Shown piece after piece: positions 50,546 through 59,604 of a stretch of DNA of 64,000 bases; position 1 is the first letter of the stretch; each line of letters opens with the position of its first letter. The stretch spans positions 448,001-512,000 of the forward strand of contig CAVXGR010000011.1 in the NCBI GenBank assembly GCA_963761335.1. The letters are read 5' to 3'. Source of the stretch: an uncultured delta proteobacterium. Lineage in GTDB: Bacteria > Desulfobacterota > Binatia > HRBIN30 > BPIQ01. A program made the position numbers and the translations under genes. Below the pieces are notes generated by a model. The model had not been told where the DNA came from, did no database searches, and saw only the letters and a program-made list of their open reading frames with translations.

Positions 50546-50667
50546 GAGGTTATTATCTCAACCGAAGTAGAAGCGCCGTCCCGGCGCTTTCCGAAGCGGC
50601 GAGACGCCGCTTCTACTTGTCCCGCGGGGCCGGCGAATTCGTTTTGCCCAGGTTTTGAGACAGCCTC
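50546..50667 (-). mobile_element. Degenerate MITE-like element carrying a family B REP, within a family A REP
   Basis: Right end TTTTGAGACAGCCTC; degenerate left end GAGGTTATTATCTCAACC. Confidence 0.55.
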
Positions 50668-50750
50668 TACCACCCCCGGCGCTACACGCCTGCGCCCCTG
50701 GCGGGGCGCTGAATCCCTTGCCCGAACCGTTCCCCCGGGTTTCACCCGGG

Positions 50751-52086
50751 GCTACATGCCCGCGCCGCTCCGCGGCGCGATCCCCGGAAACGCCCTCTGC
50801 TTCCTTGGGTTGAACCCGGCTTCCCGCTGTCGCCACGGCGCGGCCTTGGACATCATTCGCCCCGGAGGGGCGCGGGCGTGTAGCCCCGGGTCGAAGACCC
50901 GGGGGATCCCGAAGCAGGCCCGCCGCGCCCCGCCAGGGGCGCGGGGCGTCCGGACTCGCCGGGCTCGCCCTCAGGGCTACATACGCGCGCCGCTCCGCGG
51001 CGCGATCCCCGGAAACGCCCTCTGCTTCCTTGGGTTGAACCCGGCTTCCCGCTGTCGCCACGGCGCGGCCTTGGACATCATTCGCCCCGGAGGGGCGCGG
51101 GCGTGTAGCCCCGGGTCGAAGACCCGGGGGATCCCGAAGCAGGCCCGCCGCGCCCCGCCAGGGGCGCGGGGCGTCCGGACTCGCCGGGCTCGCCCTCAGG
51201 GCTACATACGCGCGCCGCTCCGCGGCGCGATCCCCGGAAACGCCCTCTGCTTCCTTGGGTTGAACCCGGCTTCCCGCTGTCGCCACGGCGCGGCCTTGGA
51301 CATCATTCGCCCCGGAGGGGCGCGGGCGTGTAGCCCCGGGTCGAAGACCCGGGGAATCCCGAAGCAGGCCCGTTGCGCCCCGCCAGGGGCGCGGGGCGTC
51401 CGGACTCGCCGGGCTCGCCCTCAGGGCTACATACGCGCGCCGCTCCGCGGCGCGATCCCCGGAAACGCCCTCTGCTTCCTTGGGTTGAACCCGGCTTCCC
51501 GCTGTCGCCACGGCGCGGCCTTGGACATCATTCGCCCCGGAGGGGCGCGGGCGTGTAGCCCCGGGTCGAAGACCCGGGGAATCCCGAAGCAGGCCCGTTG
51601 CGCCCCGCCAGGGGCGCGGGGCGTCCGAACTCGCCGGGCTCGCCCTCAGGGCTACATACGCGCGCCGCTCCGCGGCGCGATCCCCGGAAACGCCCTCTGC
51701 TTCCTTGGGTTGAACCCGGCTTCCCGCTGTCGCCACGGCGCGGCCTTGGACATCATTCGCCCCGGAGGGGCGCGGGCGTGTAGCCCCGGGTCGAAGACCC
51801 GGGGGATCTCGAAGCAGGCCCGTTGCGCCCCGCCAGGGGCGCGGGGCGTCCGGACTCGCCGGGCTCGCCCTCAGGGCTACATACGCGCGCCGCTCCGCGG
51901 CGCGATCCCCGGAAACGCCCTCTGCTTCCTTGGGTTGAACCCGGCTTCCCGCTGTCGCCACGGCGCGGCCTTGGACATCATTCGCCCCGGAGGGGCGCGG
52001 GCGTGTAGCCCCGGGTCGAAGACCCGGGGAATCCCGAAGCAGGCCCGTTGCGCCCCGCCAGGGGCGCGGGGCGTCCGGACTCGCCG
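50751..52086. repeat. ~5.9 tandem copies of a 225-bp REP-containing unit (BIME-like array)
   Basis: GCTACAT recurs at 50751, 50976, 51201, 51426, 51651, 51876; few substitutions between units. Confidence 0.95.
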
Positions 52087-54225
52087 TCAGCGCTGGGTCA
52101 CGTTGGGCACATTCTCGAAGAAGCAGGGACCGTCGCAGAAGTTCTGCACCGTTCCGTCGGGTCGCAGGAAGGCGTCGATCTGCCGCTGCGCCGCGTCCAG
52201 GCGGCGGATCGCCTCGTGGACGCCGTTGTCATCCGCCGGCGGGTTGTTGGTCAGCGGCGGCGGCACGGCGTTGACGTCGTAGGGCACGAAGGCCGAGCCG
52301 TCGATCGGCGCCTCCATCTCGGGCACCTCGAAGACCGGGTACGCGGTGGGCGCCACATTGGGAATGCCGAGGCTGCGCACCTGGATCTCCGTGCCGATGT
52401 TCGGCACCTGCGAGTCGTTGACGCCCATCTGCAACAGCACCGTCTTGGCCGGCGTGCCCGGCAGGGGGTTGTCGACCAGGTGGGACAGGTAGCCCTGCGG
52501 GTCGGCGCGATCCCAGAGCTCCTGGATCAGCGGGAAGAGCAGCTGCTGCTCGATCGGGTCGGGGTAGAACTGCTTGAGGAGATCCTCGAAGGTGGGGAAG
52601 TCGGCGCTGCGCTGCAGGAGAATGCTGTAGTTGGCGGCGCCGACGCCGAGGACGCCGCGCACCGTCTCGGTCGCCAGCGCCATGTAGGCCCCGCCTTCGA
52701 TGCCGCCCTGGCTGATGCCGTAGAAGTAGAGCTCCTGCGGGTCGATCAGCGACGTGCCGTTCAGCTGGAACGCGGCGTTGGCGGCAAAGCCGTCCGCCGC
52801 GGTCATCAGGCGGCCCAGCAGCATGAAGTTGAGCATCGCCTGCTGCAGCCGATCGGGAAGGGCGCGGAAGTTGGAGAGATCGGAGATCAGCAGCAGAGTC
52901 GGCGTCAGGTCTTCATCGGACATGCCGATCCAGTCGGTGGCACCGAGAACGAAGTTGAAGCGGTTCGACAGCGTCTGCAGGTTGCCGGCGGTGACCTCGC
53001 CTTCCCCGCTGCCGAAGAGCCCGTGACCGTAGACGACCGGGCGCCCGGGGTGCGCCGTACCGCCATCGACGGCGAGGCGCGGGATGGTCACGGTAAACGG
53101 TGCCATGGCGGTGCCGTTCTGCTCGGGCACGCCGTTGGGGTCGAGGTTGTAGGTCGCCGGCGGCGTGGCGCTGCTCATGAACAGCGGCACCTGGTAGTGG
53201 CCGCGGACGCGGCGATAGATGTCGGTGCTGTAGTCGTCCTCAACGCTGTCGACCACGAAGGGAGGCGCCCCCGGGCCATTGGCCTCGAGCCCCTTGTCGC
53301 GCAGCGCCAGGGCGCGCGAGGTGAGGCTGCGCGTGCTGGCGGTGACGAAGTCCCAGGCGAGAATGAGAGTCGAGCGCTCCACGCCGGCCGCCGCGAGCCG
53401 GCTGAAAATGTCCTCGAAGGCCGGACGGCGCTGGTTGATGGTCTGCACCGGCGTGTCGACCCCGTCGCGCAGAATCTGGAAGGCGCGCTCCGGCGGAATC
53501 GGCGCGCCGTTCGGGTCGACGAGCCCGCGGATGGCGACGATGTAGCGGCGGTTCTCGTGCAGCCGCACTCCGGGCCGGATGAGGAACATCTGGGTCTCCG
53601 GCGAGGTGGCGCGCGCGTCGAGCTCGGCGAAGTGCGGCAGGTGCTCACCGGTCTCCGCGTCGATCAGAACGGTCGGGCTGTCGGCCTCGAGCGAGCGCGC
53701 CATATTGGTGATCGGCGGAACGCCCGAGGCGTCGAGATCGACGCCCTGCGGGAAGAGCGCCTCGATGATCGGCCCGGGACTGAAGCCGTCGAGCGTGTTC
53801 CACTCGCTCGGATCGACGTGCACACCCTGCACGTTGGTGGGCATGGCGTCGCGCGGGTAGTCCACCCGGAAGCCAGTGTCGGTGCTGGCGTCCGGGGACA
53901 GGAAGACCGAGGAGGGATACGGCAGCAGGCAGTGCTCGGGGACGAGGAAGTCGCAATTGACGGTCGCCGTGTCGAGGGCGCAGAGCGGCTCCGCGGCCTG
54001 CACCTCCGGATCATCGCAGCTGGGTGGCACGGTCGCCGTGGGCGTGGCACTCGGCATCGGCGTCTCCGTCGCCGGCGGCGCCGTCGTCGGCGGCACCGCG
54101 GTCGGGGTCGCCGAGGCCAGCAGAGACAGCGGAAACGGGGAGCTCGCATCGCAGCCGGCGAGGAGCCAGGTGAAGGGGATGATGATGGCCAGGGCCAGCA
54201 ACGGTGATTCGGTCAGTCTGCGCAT
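52087..54225 (-). CDS. Large lipoprotein with Pro/Thr linker and C-terminal alpha/beta-hydrolase-like domain
   Basis: GGAGG RBS; LAG-C lipobox; LLPYPSS, NTLDGFSP, YGHGLFG, GISQGG nucleophile elbow. Confidence 0.82.
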   Translation of the reverse strand: MRRLTESPLLALAIIIPFTWLLAGCDASSPFPLSLLASATPTAVPPTTAPPATETPMPSATPTATVPPSCDDPEVQAAEPLCALDTATVNCDFLVPEHCLLPYPSSVFLSPDASTDTGFRVDYPRDAMPTNVQGVHVDPSEWNTLDGFSPGPIIEALFPQGVDLDASGVPPITNMARSLEADSPTVLIDAETGEHLPHFAELDARATSPETQMFLIRPGVRLHENRRYIVAIRGLVDPNGAPIPPERAFQILRDGVDTPVQTINQRRPAFEDIFSRLAAAGVERSTLILAWDFVTASTRSLTSRALALRDKGLEANGPGAPPFVVDSVEDDYSTDIYRRVRGHYQVPLFMSSATPPATYNLDPNGVPEQNGTAMAPFTVTIPRLAVDGGTAHPGRPVVYGHGLFGSGEGEVTAGNLQTLSNRFNFVLGATDWIGMSDEDLTPTLLLISDLSNFRALPDRLQQAMLNFMLLGRLMTAADGFAANAAFQLNGTSLIDPQELYFYGISQGGIEGGAYMALATETVRGVLGVGAANYSILLQRSADFPTFEDLLKQFYPDPIEQQLLFPLIQELWDRADPQGYLSHLVDNPLPGTPAKTVLLQMGVNDSQVPNIGTEIQVRSLGIPNVAPTAYPVFEVPEMEAPIDGSAFVPYDVNAVPPPLTNNPPADDNGVHEAIRRLDAAQRQIDAFLRPDGTVQNFCDGPCFFENVPNVTQR

Positions 54226-54302
54226 GCGAGTGCCTCCGCTCATAGGATATCGTCCTTCGATATCACCAAGCGTGGGGGAATGGGAAAGGGAACAGAAACG
54301 CC

Positions 54303-55784
54303 TCAGCGGAAGCCGAGGAACTCGGCGCTGCGCTGGTTGACGCGAAAAGCGAAGTGCACCTGGCCGGTCGCCGTCTGGTTGCGCTGTCCGACGACGAGCT
54401 GGAAGTCGTAGTCGCCGGGACGCAGGGCCATCTTCGCGCCGGTAGACTGCAGCGTGGTGAACTCCCGGCGAATCTGCTCGAAAAGCGTGCCCACGTTTCC
54501 GGCCGAGGCAATCTGCTGTCCGAAGCCCACCTGGGCGATGCGCTCCAGCGCCACCGCGTCGAAGCACGGGCCCGGCAGCCCCTGGTCGCAGCTCACGCCC
54601 AGGGCGATGGTGTGCACTCTCAGGTTCTGCGGATAGGCGGGATGTGCGGCGATCTGCGCATAGAGGTCCTGAAGCTCGGTCGCCCGCCAACCGAGACGGG
54701 GGTACGGATCGCCGTTCTTGAGCCGCCCCTCCTGCTGCACGTCGCGGTTGTCGAACGAGCTCAGGTTGTCCTGGCCATCGGTGAAGACCACGATCACGTG
54801 GCGGTCGCGCGGCCCGGCGGCGACGCCCTCGCCGTAGAGATTGGCGGAAGTCTGCAGCGCACTGCTCACGGCTCCGTAGAGCTTGGTGAAGTTGCCGGGC
54901 ACCGGGTCGGGAATGAAGCCGATGCGGAAGGTGCCGAGATGACTCGGGTCGGGATGCGAGATGAGCTCGTCGAACCAGACCACGTTCGAGGAGAACTCGC
55001 CCGGTCGAGTGGCCCAGATCTGCGTGCCGGCGTCGACCAGGCTCTGGGCGCTGCCGAGCATGAAGGCAAACTGCGGCGGGTTGAACTGCTGCAGTGAGTA
55101 GCTGGCGTCGAGGACGAGGGTGACGTGGACGTTCAGCTCCAGCTCGGTCGAGTTGCGGTCGAGAAGGCTCTCGCCGAAGACGCCGCCGTTGCCGAGCGGA
55201 ATACCGTTGACGAGCATGGTGACGTCGAGATTGGACTCGTCGATGGGGACGCCGTTGGTGTCCCGCACCAGATAGTCGAGAACCACCGTGGTGGTGCCGA
55301 TCTGGTCGTCGAAGCTGATCTCCGGCTCGCTGCTCAGCTCGACCTCCAGCGAAGCGGTGCCGCCGGCGTAGCGAAAGGCGTCCGCCAGCGCGTCCATTCC
55401 CTTGCCGTTGGAGACGGACACCTCGACGCTGTCACCGGCGGCGCCGGCGGGCGCCAGGCAGGAGATCCGGCGATCGTCGAGGACGATGGCGCTCGTCGCC
55501 TCGGCCGTGCCGAAGTAGACGCGATCGGAGCCAGCGCTGGCAAACCCCGCGCCCTCGACGAGGACCGGAATGCCGCCGGCGGCGGCACCGATGGCGGGAA
55601 ACACGCCGCTCACGGTCACCTCCGGAGCCTCGGTGGGCGTGATCGTCGGAATGCGGGTCGCGGTCGCCGTCGCCGTCGGCGTCGCCGTCAGCATCGGCAG
55701 CGCCCCGCCGCCTCCCCCGCCGCACCCGGAAAGCACCACCGTCGCCATCACCGCAGCCGCCGCCGTCGATCTCACGCCTCGCAT
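54303..55784 (-). CDS. Lipoprotein with IPT/TIG domain and VWA domain
   Basis: LSG-C lipobox; VFPAIGAAAGGIPVLVEGAGF (IPT); LVLDASYS, VVFTDG, VHTIALG (MIDAS). Confidence 0.82.
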   Translation of the reverse strand: MRGVRSTAAAAVMATVVLSGCGGGGGGALPMLTATPTATATATRIPTITPTEAPEVTVSGVFPAIGAAAGGIPVLVEGAGFASAGSDRVYFGTAEATSAIVLDDRRISCLAPAGAAGDSVEVSVSNGKGMDALADAFRYAGGTASLEVELSSEPEISFDDQIGTTTVVLDYLVRDTNGVPIDESNLDVTMLVNGIPLGNGGVFGESLLDRNSTELELNVHVTLVLDASYSLQQFNPPQFAFMLGSAQSLVDAGTQIWATRPGEFSSNVVWFDELISHPDPSHLGTFRIGFIPDPVPGNFTKLYGAVSSALQTSANLYGEGVAAGPRDRHVIVVFTDGQDNLSSFDNRDVQQEGRLKNGDPYPRLGWRATELQDLYAQIAAHPAYPQNLRVHTIALGVSCDQGLPGPCFDAVALERIAQVGFGQQIASAGNVGTLFEQIRREFTTLQSTGAKMALRPGDYDFQLVVGQRNQTATGQVHFAFRVNQRSAEFLGFR

Positions 55785-55853
55785 CACCACCTCCCCGCTC
55801 TCCGGCAAGACTGCCACGCACCGGCGCGGATCACAACGAGGGGTTCGAAGCCG

Positions 55854-56339
55854 TGCATCATGAGCCTTGCGGCTCACCAGTAGACGATGAAAATGAGGCC
55901 GGGGATCTGCCCTGGCAAGAGACTTGGAGGTCCTCGCCTGGGCGAAGTTCGCCCCGGAGGGGCGGTGGCGTGTAGCCCCGGGTGAAACCCGGGGAAAAAT
56001 GCGCGCTCCGTCATACGCGCCCCGCCAGGGGCGCGGGCAAAGTTTCGTCGATGTCGCGCCTGTACGCCGATGATCACCGCTGGGTGCGCGGGTAGCTCAT
56101 CGGCGTGATTCACGCGGCCTCTACGCCTGCGCCCCTCCGGGGCGCAGATCTGGGCCAATCGGAACGCCGTCCCCGGGTTGACACCCGGGGCTACATGCCT
56201 ACGCCCCTCCGGGGCGATAAGCCTCCACCCCAGCGCCGGGACTCCGCCAGACCTCACCCAACAGATTTTCGAAGCAGGCTACTTTTGCGCCCCGGGTTTC
56301 ACGCGGGCACCGAGCTCATCCGCAAAAGCTGCCTGTCCC
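55854..56339 (+). mobile_element. CAG-bounded cassette (55854-56277) followed by host right arm
   Basis: Left flank TTCGAAGCCG resembles a cassette right end; right flank GCTACTTTTGCG-N30-CGCAAAAGCTGCCTGTCCC. Confidence 0.8.
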
Positions 56340-56355
56340 GCCACGCGCTAGCGAC

Positions 56356-56823
56356 GGGGACAGTGCATCATGAGCCTTGCGGCTCACCAGTAGACGATGA
56401 AAATGAGGCCGGGGATCTGCCCTGGCAAGAGACTTGGAGGTCCTCGCCTGGGCGAAGTTCGCCCCGGAGGGGCGGTGGCGTGTAGCCCCGGGTGAAACCC
56501 GGGGAAAAATGCGCGCTCCGTCATACGCGCCCCGCCAGGGGCGCGGGCAAAGTTTCGTCGATGTCGCGCCTGTACGCCGATGATCACCGCTGGGTGCGCG
56601 GGTAGCTCATCGGCGTGATTCACGCGGCCTCTACGCCTGCGCCCCTCCGGGGCGCTGATCTGGGCCAATCGGAACGGGATCCCCGGGTCAACGAGGCCGT
56701 CTCAAAACCCAGCCAAAACGATCTCAGCTTTCCCTGCCCGTGCCCCTGCCCGGGCCCCCGGTTTTGCCGGACATTCAAAGGCGGGGGGGCACGGGCAGCG
56801 GCGCGGGCACGGTTTTGAGTCTG
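56356..56823 (+). mobile_element. Truncated cassette (56364-56692) interrupted by a GAGGCCGTCTCAAAA-ended element
   Basis: Near-identical to the 55854 copy (510-bp offset) until CCCCGGGTCAAC|GAGGCCGTCTCAAAA. Confidence 0.75.
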
Positions 56824-56853
56824 TGGAGACCGGCGGCGCCGCTTGTGCTCCCC

Positions 56854-58158
56854 TCAACTCACCCGCTGGCGGGTGAGATCGTCCATCTGCTCCTGGTACT
56901 TGTCGAAGTCGGCGTCGGCGAGCAGCGTGTAGTGGGTGTCGAGCGGCAGGCGCCGGGTGCGCTCCGAAGCGAGATCGGGGAGCTTGTTCTTGCGCAGCTC
57001 CTGCCACTCCGCCGCGTCCGGACAGTGGAACAGATCGCCAAAGCCGGCTTCGTCGAAGCGTTTGTAGAGGGCCTCGCCATCGCGCATCGAATCGAGCTCG
57101 CGGCTGGAGCGCAGGCGGCGCAGAAAATCGAGCAGCTCCGGCTCGACCTCGTACAGCCGGGCGATGCGGGCGCGGCCGAGCGCGCCCTCCACCTCCGGGG
57201 GGATGCCCAGGCGGTCCTCGTACGAGGTCTCCAGCTGACTGTGCACATCGGCAGGGTCGATCTCCTTCTGCTGCAGGAAATCGCGGATCGCCGAGCAGGG
57301 CGCGGTGTAGACGTCGCAGCCGGCGACGCGGGGAAAGGTCTGCCAGTCGCGCACGCTGGCGACGATGAGCAGCGTCTTGGCGCCATCCTCGCGGCGGGCA
57401 TGCAGCAGGGCGCGCTGCGCCTCCAGGTCGACGTGCTCGCCGAGCAGCTCCGCCTTCAGCCCCTGGTTGAGACGGCCCATGAAGATGTTGGTGAGGGTCA
57501 CGTCGGCGAGCATGGCGGCGACGACCGTCTGTCGCGCCGAGAAGGTCGAGGTGAAGTTGACGGGAATCCCCTCGCGCTCCAGCTGGCGGGCCACCAGGAA
57601 GCAGTGCGGCTGGTGCGGCGTGAACGGCACCTTGACCACGCAAGAGGGCACCATGCGCCGCAGGTCGCGGCCGATGCGCAGGGCCTCTTGCATGTCGTCG
57701 GCGAGGCGCATGTGAATCTGCAGGCTCACCTCCCACGGCCGGCCGGCACCGAAGGCGCGGGCCGCGTCGTTGCCGATGCGGCCGCAGACGATTGCATAGA
57801 TGCGGATCGCCAGCTCCGTGTCGCTCAGGCCGGGGTGCTGCTCGCGGAGGCGCCGCGCCCACTGCCGCGGCTCGTCCCCATCCAGGTAGCGCGCGATCAC
57901 CTTGTGGACCAGTGGCTGATTGGCGGTGTTGCCGTCCACCTCGCGGAGAATGGCGCCGTCGCCGGTGGAGATCAGATCTCCGAGCTCGCCGACGTCGGCG
58001 GTGTCGGCGTAGATGTGCGAGGTGCCGGCGCGGCACACGGCCGCGAGCAGCGGTGAGGACTGCAGCCGCGGCTGCGAGGCGCTCTTCGCGGGACTGCCCA
58101 TCTCGACGACCAGGCGATCGAGCTCTTCCATCGACGGCTGTGAGCGCTTTTCCGGCAT
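56854..58158 (-). CDS. Divergent transaldolase-family protein
   Basis: YADTAD, GNTANQPL, EVSLQI, VVKVP (Schiff-base Lys position), GIPVNFTSTFSARQ, IFMGRL, LIVASVR; GGAGGAGG RBS. Confidence 0.75.
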   Translation of the reverse strand: MPEKRSQPSMEELDRLVVEMGSPAKSASQPRLQSSPLLAAVCRAGTSHIYADTADVGELGDLISTGDGAILREVDGNTANQPLVHKVIARYLDGDEPRQWARRLREQHPGLSDTELAIRIYAIVCGRIGNDAARAFGAGRPWEVSLQIHMRLADDMQEALRIGRDLRRMVPSCVVKVPFTPHQPHCFLVARQLEREGIPVNFTSTFSARQTVVAAMLADVTLTNIFMGRLNQGLKAELLGEHVDLEAQRALLHARREDGAKTLLIVASVRDWQTFPRVAGCDVYTAPCSAIRDFLQQKEIDPADVHSQLETSYEDRLGIPPEVEGALGRARIARLYEVEPELLDFLRRLRSSRELDSMRDGEALYKRFDEAGFGDLFHCPDAAEWQELRKNKLPDLASERTRRLPLDTHYTLLADADFDKYQEQMDDLTRQRVS

Positions 58159-58306
58159 GACATCCTCCTCCCGTCCAGGTATAGACCCGTCGCCGCGCCC
58201 CTGAAAGAGGGAGCGGCGAGGCCCGCCGGCTCGTCGAGCGGAACTGCGAGGACGAGAAGCGTCACCTGTGCTGCGCGGAGGAGGCGCTCTCCTCCCGCCT
58301 GTGGGA

Positions 58307-58627
58307 TCAGGCGGCGTGACCTTCGGAGCTCGACGCGTCGCCGGGCCGGTTCAGCGCCGTGTCGAGCTCTCCGGTCACCGCATCGTAGAACGTGAAGGCA
58401 ATCGCCGCCGCCAGCCAGAACAGCGGCTGATAGGGGACCAGCTTCCAGCCATCGATGAGCGCCTCCTGCAGGGTCCGCCCGCTCACCGCCAGATACGGCG
58501 ACAGCCACACGCCACGGACGTTGAACCACAGGGCCAGCAATCCGGTGTATACCGCCGCCGTCGCCACCAGGACGATCAGAACCTTGGCGAAATGGCGGAG
58601 AGCCGAGTCTTTCTTCGCGGTCGCCAT
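58307..58627 (-). CDS. Small membrane protein
   Basis: 106 aa, two hydrophobic segments. Confidence 0.6.
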   Translation of the reverse strand: MATAKKDSALRHFAKVLIVLVATAAVYTGLLALWFNVRGVWLSPYLAVSGRTLQEALIDGWKLVPYQPLFWLAAAIAFTFYDAVTGELDTALNRPGDASSSEGHAA

Positions 58628-58686
58628 GACGCGGCGAGCCTCGACTTTCGCAACCGCGTTGTCAAGCAGGTGCCCGGGCAAGCTGG

Positions 58687-58769
58687 AAGCGGCGCGACGC
58701 CGCTTCTACCTGGCGCAGAGTAGAAGCGCCGTCCCGGCGCTTCCCGAAGCGGCGAGACGCCGCTTCTAC
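58687..58769. repeat. GTAG-type REP family B, one and a half copies
   Basis: GAAGCGGCGCGACGCCGCTTCTAC then GTAGAAGCGCC...GCCGCTTCTAC. Confidence 0.75.
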
Positions 58770-58853
58770 CTGGCCTGCAGGCCGGCGGAGTGAGAATCGG
58801 CGGACCGCCCGCCACCCCTCGTTTTGCGCATCGGTCCGCTATAATGAACCCGC

Positions 58854-59603
58854 ATGAAGATCGGCACGTGGAACGTCAACGGCATTCGCGCCCGGCAGGC
58901 GCAGGTGCTGGAATGGATCGAACGCGACCAACCCGACGTCGTCTGCCTGCAGGAGCTGAAGGCGAAGGTGGAGCAGGTCCCGGAGACTCTGTGCAATCTC
59001 GCCGGATACTGGTGCTACTGGCACGGCGCCGCCGCCTACTCCGGCGTCGGCCTCCACCTCCGCAAGGAACGCTTCCCGCAGCCACCCGAGTTCACCCATC
59101 CGGCCTTCGATCACGAGACGCGCATCGTCCAGGCAGCTGTCGGTGATCTGGTGATGGCCTCGGTCTACGTTCCCAACGGCGGCAAGGACTACGCCGCCAA
59201 GATCGCCTTCATGAGAGCCATGATCGAGTACGCCGCGGCCCTGCGGGCGGCGGGCCGCTCACTGGTCATCTGCGGCGACATCAATGTGGCACGCACCGAC
59301 CGCGATGTTCACCCCAAGGAACGCAAGCTCAACGCCATCGGCCAGCGACCCGAGGAACGCGAGATCCTCGAGTCCATTCTCGGCCAGGGACTGGTCGACG
59401 TCGGCCGCTCCCTCGACCCCGACAACGACAACCTGTTCACCTGGTGGGCGCCCTGGCGCAATCTCCGCCAGCGCAACATCGGCTGGCGACTGGATTACGT
59501 GCTCGCCAGCCAGAGCCTCGCCGAGCGCGCCGTCTCCTGTCCAGTGCTGCGCGAGATCGGCACCAGCGATCACGCCCCAGTGGTCGCCACCTTCAGCGAC
59601 TGA
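58854..59603 (+). CDS. xth: Exodeoxyribonuclease III (AP endonuclease)
   Basis: TWNVNGIRAR, VCLQELK, YSGVG, YVPNG, GDIN, GWRLDY, SDHAPV. Confidence 0.93.
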   Translation: MKIGTWNVNGIRARQAQVLEWIERDQPDVVCLQELKAKVEQVPETLCNLAGYWCYWHGAAAYSGVGLHLRKERFPQPPEFTHPAFDHETRIVQAAVGDLVMASVYVPNGGKDYAAKIAFMRAMIEYAAALRAAGRSLVICGDINVARTDRDVHPKERKLNAIGQRPEEREILESILGQGLVDVGRSLDPDNDNLFTWWAPWRNLRQRNIGWRLDYVLASQSLAERAVSCPVLREIGTSDHAPVVATFSD

Positions 59604-59604
59604 G

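Noticed and set aside
50558..52282. 467-aa and 508-aa repeat-protein ORFs
   Set aside because: They arise from a GC-rich 225-bp REP array whose period is divisible by 3; no RBS or protein-like composition
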